Virus record (IMG/VR): IMGVR_UViG_3300046705_000067 | Location: 1 to 27,030 of that record | Origin: a virus | Lineage: Duplodnaviria; Caudoviricetes | Length of the DNA stretch: 27,030 nt | Direction: 5' to 3' (one strand) | Shown: positions 18,160-23,850 of the stretch, one piece after another | How positions within the stretch are numbered: position 1 is the first letter of the stretch | Layout: every line of letters starts with the position of its first letter | The notes under the pieces: generated by a model | Databases searched by the model: none | Seen by the model: only the letters and a program-made list of their open reading frames with translations | Told to the model about the DNA's origin: nothing | Position numbers and translations under genes: made by a program

Positions 18160-18512
18160 GCCTCCCTCACATCTGTTATGGAAACAGAGAAGTCATCTTC
18201 AAGGAACAAGCTAGCTAGTCGCTCGTCTGTCTCTTCCTTGACGATCCTTACAGCCTCGCGGGCTGATTCAGCTTCTACGACTATGGCTTCTTCAAAAACT
18301 CCCTCGCCAATGAAACCATATACAGACGCTCTTACGCTGACTAAATACTCTCTATCTAGCTGGCTAGTGTCGTGTGTAGGCACGTTGTGCTTGCAGTATT
18401 CCACTTCTTTGATCGTTACTACATCCTTCTTTCGTGGTGGGATGCTCCCATCTAAAGGAACTGTGCTCCAGGTGGTTCCACCGAAGAACTCCCTACGTAC
18501 GTATTCAGGCAT
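18156..18512 (-). CDS. Hypothetical early protein
   Basis: Start MPEYV, SD AAGGAG, TAATG coupling. Confidence 0.65.
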   Translation of the reverse strand: MPEYVRREFFGGTTWSTVPLDGSIPPRKKDVVTIKEVEYCKHNVPTHDTSQLDREYLVSVRASVYGFIGEGVFEEAIVVEAESAREAVRIVKEETDERLASLFLEDDFSVSITDVREA

Positions 18513-18781
18513 TATTTTTTCTCCTTCAATTGCTCTATCAGATTGAATATCCCACGACCATCCTTTACACCTTTTCCGCTGAACCAACCTGTATACGGGA
18601 ATATCCTTATGGTATTGCCATTAAGCTCAAATGTGAGGGACTGACCGTCATCTGAGTTAACATCGTAACCCAGCTCACTCACCTTCTCAGTCGCTACTTC
18701 CATCCTGCTAGGTTCAACCTTCTGTCGTCTCGCCTGAGACATAGATTTCATGTCTCTGAATGCATCGCCCATGTCACCCAT
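18512..18781 (-). CDS. Phage hypothetical protein
   Basis: MGDMGDAFR...FPYTGWFSGKGVKDGRGI, SD GGAGG. Confidence 0.75.
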   Translation of the reverse strand: MGDMGDAFRDMKSMSQARRQKVEPSRMEVATEKVSELGYDVNSDDGQSLTFELNGNTIRIFPYTGWFSGKGVKDGRGIFNLIEQLKEKK

Positions 18782-18784
18782 TGC

Positions 18785-18865
18785 CTACCTCCAAAATATA
18801 ACTGCTAAAGTTACCATCATTACACCAATTGCTACTATCTCTAACACTATTCTACCGTTCTTCAT
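18785..18865 (-). CDS. 26-aa single-TM peptide
   Basis: MKNGRIVLEIVAIGVMMVTLAVIFWR, SD GGAGG. Confidence 0.55.
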   Translation of the reverse strand: MKNGRIVLEIVAIGVMMVTLAVIFWR

Positions 18866-18992
18866 GTAATAACGCCTCCAAAATCCCTATAGCTCTGTTT
18901 GTCTCGTATGAATGAAACATATCCATACCCTCTAACTCTGCTTCTAAGGTGCCTACGACCTCCTCCAAGGCCTGTTTAGTATCCTCTTTCAT
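18852..18992 (-). CDS. 46-aa hypothetical protein
   Basis: Start MKEDTKQ with SD GGGAG. Confidence 0.55.
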   Translation of the reverse strand: MKEDTKQALEEVVGTLEAELEGMDMFHSYETNRAIGILEALLHEER

Positions 18993-19224
18993 CTTCTCGC
19001 TCCCGTAGGTCATCTGAGCAGTCGAAATCGTCTTCGCCTTTGTAATCAAACTGCACGAGCACATTACACTCATCACAATATAGATTGTTAAACTCTTCTG
19101 ATACGTTCTGGTGTAGGCATTCGTCAAATACTAACCTTGTAACTTCTTCACCACTCTTAGTCTCGTAAAACTCTACGCTATCGACGGTGAATGCCGCTGA
19201 GAGGTCTTTTACCTGGACTTTCAT
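18976..19224 (-). CDS. Putative zinc-binding protein (CxH...CxxC)
   Basis: Start MKVQVK, SD AAGGAG. Contains ECLH and YCDEC. Confidence 0.65.
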   Translation of the reverse strand: MKVQVKDLSAAFTVDSVEFYETKSGEEVTRLVFDECLHQNVSEEFNNLYCDECNVLVQFDYKGEDDFDCSDDLREREDERGY

Positions 19225-19322
19225 AGTAGCTCCTTCAGTTCCTTGCCAACTAACCATGCAAGTAGTGGTAGTGCTGCTAGGAACACCGGTGCGAACACTA
19301 GGCTTGCTATTGTTGCGTTCAT
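19221..19322 (-). CDS. 33-aa membrane peptide, first gene after early promoter 1
   Basis: MNATIASLVFAPVFLAALPLLAWLVGKELKELL, SD GAAAGGG, ATGA overlap. Confidence 0.65.
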   Translation of the reverse strand: MNATIASLVFAPVFLAALPLLAWLVGKELKELL

Positions 19323-19324
19323 CG

Positions 19325-19381
19325 TATAACCCTTTCGTTTAGTTATATACTAATAGTAGCAAGGTAGATGGGTAATGTCAA
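19325..19381 (-). promoter_or_regulatory. Sigma70 promoter + conserved leader, copy 1
   Basis: TTGACA(19381-76)-17-TACTAT, then TAACTAAACGAAAGG. Confidence 0.9.
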
Positions 19382-19395
19382 TGCTTTTTTCAAAC

Positions 19396-19425
19396 AAAAA
19401 CCGCCCAATTAAGGACGGTTGTTTT
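19396..19425 (-). terminator. Intrinsic terminator
   Basis: AACCGTCC-ttaatt-GGGCGGTT followed by TTTGTTT. Confidence 0.8.
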
Positions 19426-19506
19426 ATTGACCTGGCTAGATGAGCGTTACGCGCCAACTGCTATACTATATCAAACAGATACAACCACAGGCAAGGTGGT
19501 TACTAA

Positions 19507-19863
19507 TTACTTAATGTTTTTGTATTTATTGTAATCGTCGCTAGGGTTGTACGTACCCATAGGGATATCTCTGTCATCCCATAGCTCAAACCCGATGGCT
19601 TCAGTAGCTTGATCCATACGTGGATAGTGTGAATGCCCATCTACGAACCTATCACTGTACCACATATCATTCACTAGATCCTTTACTGCTTTTCGCTGTG
19701 TAGCATCAGCAATTGAACCATCAATGATCGTTAAGACTTTCCCAAGCCTCTTGTTCTCTAGCTTTCTGTTGTAATCAAAGATATCATTCTGATACTGTTT
19801 TAACACCTTCTTTGCTAGATTCACATCTATATGCACACTCTTTTCACTGCCTTCTTTTGACAT
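19507..19863 (-). CDS. Hypothetical protein in a stand-alone, stem-flanked cassette
   Basis: 118 aa, SD AAGGAG. Own extended -10 (19930-19922) and terminators on both sides. Confidence 0.8.
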   Translation of the reverse strand: MSKEGSEKSVHIDVNLAKKVLKQYQNDIFDYNRKLENKRLGKVLTIIDGSIADATQRKAVKDLVNDMWYSDRFVDGHSHYPRMDQATEAIGFELWDDRDIPMGTYNPSDDYNKYKNIK

Positions 19864-19898
19864 AACTAAACTCCTTCTAAACTAAACTTGCCTGCAGA

Positions 19899-19930
19899 TG
19901 TAAAGGTTCGTTATATGACATATTATATCA
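19899..19930 (-). promoter_or_regulatory. Extended -10 promoter followed by a boxA-like site
   Basis: TGATATAAT, then GAACCTTTACA. Confidence 0.55.
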
Positions 19931-19935
19931 CAAAC

Positions 19936-19966
19936 AAAAATACCACCTGTAGCTTGCAGGTGGTAT
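19936..19966 (-). terminator. Intrinsic terminator after VRR-NUC
   Basis: ATACCACCTG-caagcta-CAGGTGGTAT followed by TTTTGTTT. Confidence 0.85.
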
Positions 19967-20027
19967 CGTGAGCGCGTTCGCGGCGAATATACCTTTGATG
20001 GTATACATGGATAATGTTCCATATACA

Positions 20028-20366
20028 TTATACCTTGACTCTATCTATAAAATCAATAGCCTCACCAGCTCCACGCGCTACGATAGCCTCCAAACCGTTG
20101 TTATTAAGCGTTCCTAGCCACTCTTTTTGGTGAGATGACACTACACCCATCTTCTTACGTTTCATCTCGATAGCATACGTCTTACCGCCTACACAGAAGA
20201 ATAGGTCAGGAACGCCAGGTACAACGCCTAGCATTGTATTCTTACGCTTCTGGCTCCAGCTTTTGGTAAAGGTCGAGTTAGGCACATGGAAATGCGGTAT
20301 GCTGTGCAGTCGTAGATAATTAACTACGACTGATTGTTCTTCGTCTTCTGATGGTATTACTTTCAT
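20028..20366 (-). CDS. VRR-NUC domain nuclease (PD-(D/E)XK, resolvase-like)
   Basis: SEDEEQ, FHVPN, GVVPGVPDL, IEMK and SSHQKEW. Start re-assigned to MKVIPSE. Confidence 0.9.
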   Translation of the reverse strand: MKVIPSEDEEQSVVVNYLRLHSIPHFHVPNSTFTKSWSQKRKNTMLGVVPGVPDLFFCVGGKTYAIEMKRKKMGVVSSHQKEWLGTLNNNGLEAIVARGAGEAIDFIDRVKV

Positions 20367-20419
20367 AGCCTCTAGCACTATCTCGCATGTAGTGTCAGAG
20401 GCTATAACTGCAATGTTGA

Positions 20420-20511
20420 GCATACGAATAGGTCAGTTCATCTCGCTTCACTATTACGGGGCTGTAGTACTGACCAATGAAGCATCCCTTTCATGTTTGA
20501 TAATCGTATGC
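20420..20511. ncRNA. Putative structured RNA domain C (pseudoknot)
   Basis: Closing stem GCATACGA/TCGTATGC. Crossed helices GGTCAGT/ACTGACC and GCTTCA/TGAAGC. Confidence 0.5.
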
Positions 20512-20669
20512 CCTAATGGATATATGAACTTAAGTCTCTTAGCGGTAGGCTCGTGCTTAGGGGGGTGCAACCTGCTTGCACCAGGCAGCCACGGTCTTTG
20601 TCCTACACAGTGGCGGTTATAACCCTCCCCGAGTCCCGTAGAACTTAGGGTGCTCATATATCCATTAGG
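20512..20669. ncRNA. Putative structured RNA domain B
   Basis: Perfect 16-bp closing stem CCTAATGGATATATGA. Internal hairpins GGTGCAA/TTGCACC and GCCAC/GTGGC. Confidence 0.65.
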
Positions 20670-20680
20670 TTTCTAGCGTG

Positions 20681-20833
20681 TCATGCAGATACAGCTGGTG
20701 GTGAGGTTTAGCGTGTGTGAGCCTGTCTTGTAGCTCATCTTCGGGATATTGCCCATTCGTGTTTTTCCTCACATATATTACACGCTGACAGGTTTGCTCG
20801 GCATTTCCCTCACCACCATGTATATCTGCATGA
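20681..20833. ncRNA. Putative structured RNA domain A
   Basis: 26-nt arms pairing as 11+11 bp around a 4x4 internal loop. Internal AGCGTGT/ACACGCT and CCTGTC/GACAGG. Confidence 0.65.
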
Positions 20834-20838
20834 CCTAA

Positions 20839-20920
20839 TTTTGAATGTGCCGTTCTTCTATGCCTATGCTGCCAGGTAGAATATTCCTATGGACGTAAGG
20901 GCAGCTATCTTATTATACTA
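20839..20920 (-). promoter_or_regulatory. -10 element, leader hairpin and boxA-like site ahead of the RNA array
   Basis: TAGTATAAT (20920-12), GCTGCC/GGCAGC stem and GCACATTCAAAA (20850-39). Confidence 0.55.
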
Positions 20921-20998
20921 CTTACATTTACCACACGTACACTCTCTTAGTACGCCATCGTCATCGAAATAACTCTGGCATAGGTACTGTTCTGTCAT
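20918..20998 (-). CDS. 26-aa four-Cys micropeptide
   Basis: MTEQYLCQSYFDDDGVLRECTCGKCK, ATGA-coupled to the upstream ORF. Confidence 0.55.
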   Translation of the reverse strand: MTEQYLCQSYFDDDGVLRECTCGKCK

Positions 20999-21126
20999 AC
21001 TAGGCGTATCCACTTCTTCCAAACCGCAACCTCTGGTGTGAATGGTAACTGCACGCTCATGTATCTTTTGTAGCTGTGGTACATTCTATCCAGTAGTGCT
21101 GTGTCTGGTTCAAGTGAGTTGTTCAT
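20995..21126 (-). CDS. 43-aa hypothetical, first gene after early promoter 2
   Basis: MNNSLEPDTALLDRMY..., SD GAAAGGG. Confidence 0.65.
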   Translation of the reverse strand: MNNSLEPDTALLDRMYHSYKRYMSVQLPFTPEVAVWKKWIRLV

Positions 21127-21128
21127 TT

Positions 21129-21186
21129 GCATAACCCTTTCGTTTAGTTATACTCCTATATTACTCTGGTTTGTTAGTGGTGTCAA
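21129..21186 (-). promoter_or_regulatory. Sigma70 promoter + conserved leader, copy 2
   Basis: TTGACA(21186-81)-17-TAATAT, then TAACTAAACGAAAGG. Confidence 0.9.
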
Positions 21187-21589
21187 TAGGTTTTTCAAGT
21201 AGTTCGGAATTTTCGTAGATGTTACCTATGACTTCCCAATAGCTTTGGAGTTCGCTAGTCATCAGCCATTCATAGTCTTTGGGGATTTCAATGCACCGTC
21301 TCTCCATCGGCTCTGCTTCGTATTCCTTAAGTATCTTTTCTCTACGTTCCCCATCAGCAAACCAAAGAGTAGGACCGTACTTAGCTCGATACCACTCCCA
21401 TTTATCTGAGAACTCGACTACATCCCCCTCATATATCTCCACACCGTTTTTGTCTTTGAGACCGGTAAACCTACGCCAGTTCTCGTAGTTTATGAAAATG
21501 TTTCCAAGTTTTGCAATGCGCTCAAGTGTGAAGTCAACCCACTCGGCATCTGCTATAAACCACGCTCTAAACTTAATCTCTCTACTCAT
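21161..21589 (-). CDS. YopX-family protein
   Basis: MSREIKFRAW, FTGLKDKNGVEIYEGDVV and EVIGNIYEN. Confidence 0.9.
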   Translation of the reverse strand: MSREIKFRAWFIADAEWVDFTLERIAKLGNIFINYENWRRFTGLKDKNGVEIYEGDVVEFSDKWEWYRAKYGPTLWFADGERREKILKEYEAEPMERRCIEIPKDYEWLMTSELQSYWEVIGNIYENSELLEKPIDTTNKPE

Positions 21590-21855
21590 ACACTCTTCTC
21601 CACACTAATATAATTAAAGTCCCCCTCATCGGTACTATTCACCTCATACTCCCTACGCATCAACGAACAGCTAATAGGCGTCCTAGCACCCCTCAGAGCG
21701 CGTTTCATGAGCCCTGCGTGCAGTGCATTGTCAAACATGATGTCTTCTACCACATTGCCATCCATATCGTAACGTCGCACAATATATTCTATCTTCCTAT
21801 CATGACTGAAACGGTTACGCTGCTCCAGGATCTGCTTCTTTACTTTGTGTAACAT
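21586..21855 (-). CDS. Hypothetical protein
   Basis: 89 aa, SD GGTGGAG. Confidence 0.65.
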   Translation of the reverse strand: MLHKVKKQILEQRNRFSHDRKIEYIVRRYDMDGNVVEDIMFDNALHAGLMKRALRGARTPISCSLMRREYEVNSTDEGDFNYISVEKSV

Positions 21856-22066
21856 TTTTAATTATCTCCACCTTACCGGTTGAATTGTTAATGTAAGTTA
21901 GCTTAGAGGGTGTCTTTTTAATAAGTTTATACCCCCTCCGGCTCAAACGTCCAGCAGCAGAGGCTAGCTTCTTGTTCTTTGAGTAGGTGCGTTTATCTGG
22001 TGACGCACGCTTTCCATAGTCCGATGCTAGTTCTGAATTGTTGGACAGTGTTGTTACTCTCTTCAT
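21815..22066 (-). CDS. Basic protein, KGG/general-stress-like
   Basis: Repeats ELASDYGKR and KLASAAGRLSRR. SD GAGG. Confidence 0.55.
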   Translation of the reverse strand: MKRVTTLSNNSELASDYGKRASPDKRTYSKNKKLASAAGRLSRRGYKLIKKTPSKLTYINNSTGKVEIIKNVTQSKEADPGAA

Positions 22067-22233
22067 TTATTCCTCTTTAATACCGCAAGTATTAGAAATG
22101 TGTAGAACGATGAGATGACCATCATCACTGAGTGAAATATGATAAGTAGTATGTCATCCTTAATTATGTTTGCTATCAGCCCCCACACAGAGAAGAAAAA
22201 CAGAAGGATAGATGCTAATAGTAGAAACCTCAT
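22063..22233 (-). CDS. 56-aa two-TM membrane protein
   Basis: Manual translation MRFLLLASILLFFFSVWGL...LILAVLKRNK, ATGA overlaps at both ends. Confidence 0.65.
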   Translation of the reverse strand: MRFLLLASILLFFFSVWGLIANIIKDDILLIIFHSVMMVISSFYTFLILAVLKRNK

Positions 22234-22586
22234 CGCTTGAACAGCCCAAACTTCTTTTTTGACTTTACTGCCTTGTATAGAGCTTCGTGTGCGTCCATAA
22301 GTAGGCTGTGTCGGTGGAACAATAGCTCGTGGTCTTCTCTAAGCTCTGCAAGCTCCTCTGTGACCTTCTCAAGATGTTCAACCGCCATCCTTAGTGGACT
22401 TACTGACTGGCCTTTTTGCGATGTGTTATTACTTCGCTTGTAGTCATCGTAGGTAACACTGTTCTTTATTCGAGAGATAATACTTGTCGATACGTCATAC
22501 TCTCTAGCTAGCTGCCCTCCTGTAGATGTCTTATCTTCTTTAATTGCCTTGTACACCTGTGGTGTGATCTTAATCATCCGTGCCAT
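22230..22586 (-). CDS. HTH + coiled-coil protein
   Basis: GGQLAREYDVSTSIISRIK HTH, SD AGGAG. Confidence 0.7.
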   Translation of the reverse strand: MARMIKITPQVYKAIKEDKTSTGGQLAREYDVSTSIISRIKNSVTYDDYKRSNNTSQKGQSVSPLRMAVEHLEKVTEELAELREDHELLFHRHSLLMDAHEALYKAVKSKKKFGLFKR

Positions 22587-22587
22587 A

Positions 22588-22719
22588 CTAAACTCCTAAA
22601 TAATGGTTAACTACTATTGTTATTGATACCGCCCAAGCTGCGAGGTAAGCTACCATAAAGATGGTCTCACCTACAGCTTTGAGTGTTTTCTGTTTTCTTT
22701 TGCCGATACGTAGGCTCAT
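22588..22719 (-). CDS. 43-aa single-TM protein
   Basis: MSLRIGKRKQK...AYLAAWAVSITIVV, ATGA overlap. Confidence 0.55.
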   Translation of the reverse strand: MSLRIGKRKQKTLKAVGETIFMVAYLAAWAVSITIVVNHYLGV

Positions 22720-22982
22720 GCGTTTTTTGCATCCTCTACTATGGATTTAACAAGCTTGGCGTGAGCTTCAATGCTGCCATTCATTGGTGGTTTATTCTTT
22801 GGTCGCTTTGATACCTTACCACCTAGTCTTCCTGCTTCTATGACTTTATCTTTATCCATGCAGGCGAAACCTTTTGGTACTTTAGCTAGGCCTCCAAGTT
22901 TTGCAATGTCACGGTAGAAATTAGGGTTCTTTTTTAGGTTCTTGTCTCTTGTTTTCAAACCCCCCGAGTGCGTGCCGGCCAT
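22716..22982 (-). CDS. KGG-repeat general-stress-like protein
   Basis: MAGTHSGGLK...NFYRDIAKLGG...KGFA...EAGRLGG. Confidence 0.75.
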   Translation of the reverse strand: MAGTHSGGLKTRDKNLKKNPNFYRDIAKLGGLAKVPKGFACMDKDKVIEAGRLGGKVSKRPKNKPPMNGSIEAHAKLVKSIVEDAKNA

Positions 22983-22997
22983 GATATTTATCCTTTC

Positions 22998-23093
22998 CTA
23001 AAATGGTATACAGATTAACGTTTTCTTCTTAAGTGGGTGCTTGCTAAGCTTCTCTAGCCACTCACCCTCTACGTACTTGACTTCGATTTTCAT
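22998..23093 (-). CDS. 31-aa peptide ending in IPF
   Basis: MKIEVKYVEGEWLEKLSKHPLKKKTLICIPF, TAATG coupling, SD GGAGGAG. Confidence 0.55.
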   Translation of the reverse strand: MKIEVKYVEGEWLEKLSKHPLKKKTLICIPF

Positions 23094-23602
23094 TACTTCT
23101 CCTCCTCAGGCAAAGCCCAGCTTGGTAGCTGTGGTGCTTTCCAGTAGTATCTAGTTTTAGTTTCCTTTTCATAATGCATAGACCAGCCAAGCATGTCATG
23201 GGGTTTCTCATCTGTCATGTTAACAAAGCCAGTCTCTAGGTTGTATAAGTATCGTCCGATGCCCCATTGGACAGCTGCACGCTTCATAGCGCTACTCAGT
23301 CCGCCTTTGACAGCCTCAACAGCTGTATTCTCGGCACCATCGTACTTAGTAACCCACTCGTCACCTACTTTTATAGAGATACCGCATAGCACACCACCAT
23401 CTGGAGATTTATCATATTCATTCTTCCAGTTTTGTATGCCAGCTACCTCATCTAAGCGCTCCTGCACTGCTCGGTTAGTAACGTAGGCTAAAACCATAGC
23501 CCAGCCCTTTCCTCGTGTTACTCCTGCCCTCTGAACACGCCATTCAATATCCTTTGCAGGAAATGGTGCAGAGAGAAGCTTTAATCCTTCTGTGTCATTC
23601 AT
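23093..23602 (-). CDS. Rad52/Rad22-like (Sak-type) single-strand annealing protein
   Basis: LAYVTNRAVQERLDEV and KGGLSSAMKRAAVQWGIGRYLY. Confidence 0.9.
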   Translation of the reverse strand: MNDTEGLKLLSAPFPAKDIEWRVQRAGVTRGKGWAMVLAYVTNRAVQERLDEVAGIQNWKNEYDKSPDGGVLCGISIKVGDEWVTKYDGAENTAVEAVKGGLSSAMKRAAVQWGIGRYLYNLETGFVNMTDEKPHDMLGWSMHYEKETKTRYYWKAPQLPSWALPEEEK

Positions 23603-23604
23603 TT

Positions 23605-23662
23605 GCATAACCCTTTCGTTTAGTTATACTCTTATTGTATAGGACTGGAGTGGCTGTGTCAA
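23605..23662 (-). promoter_or_regulatory. Sigma70 promoter + conserved leader, copy 3
   Basis: TTGACA(23662-57)-17-TACAAT, then TAACTAAACGAAAGG. Confidence 0.9.
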
Positions 23663-23674
23663 TAGGTTTTGTGG

Positions 23675-23776
23675 TTGTTATCTTATGGTGGTAATGGTAT
23701 TGTTAGTACAGATAGTTTCTGACGACGCTATCTGAAATATAAAAGTATTGAGGGTAGCGTTTTCTTGTGCTATAAT
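23675..23776 (+). promoter_or_regulatory. Tandem promoters P1 and P2 upstream of rep
   Basis: P1 is TTGTTA-17-(TG)TATTGT at 23675-23703. P2 is TTGAGG-17-(TG)TATAAT at 23748-23776. Confidence 0.65.
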
Positions 23777-23799
23777 TGTTATAGTCAGAAACGCATAAG

Positions 23800-23824
23800 A
23801 GCCACCCTCACCGGTGGCTTTTTT
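23800..23824 (+). terminator. Leader terminator (attenuator) before rep
   Basis: AGCCACC-ctcacc-GGTGGCT followed by TTTTT, 26 nt before the ATG. Confidence 0.8.
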
Positions 23825-23850
23825 GTATCCTCAAGTAAGAGAGGGGAAAT

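Noticed and set aside
140-18655. Plus-strand ORFs opposite the structural and early genes (e.g. 140-658, 4840-5259, 8588-9103)
   Set aside because: These are antisense shadows of well-supported minus-strand genes, with Ser-rich biased translations.
20431-20483. HDV-like/theta ribozyme call for domain C
   Set aside because: The helix order is similar, but the joiner before the last helix (GAGAUGA on minus, AA on plus) has no catalytic C, and P1.1/P3 are not canonical.
20392-20657. ORFs 20454-20657(-) and 20392-20622(+)
   Set aside because: They have no SD and no recognisable motif, and they run through long inverted repeats better explained as RNA structure.
20420-20833. CRISPR mini-array or tRNA cluster
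   Set aside because: There are no repeated direct-repeat sequences, no T-loop GTTCRA or tRNA-sized cloverleaf, and no cas genes.
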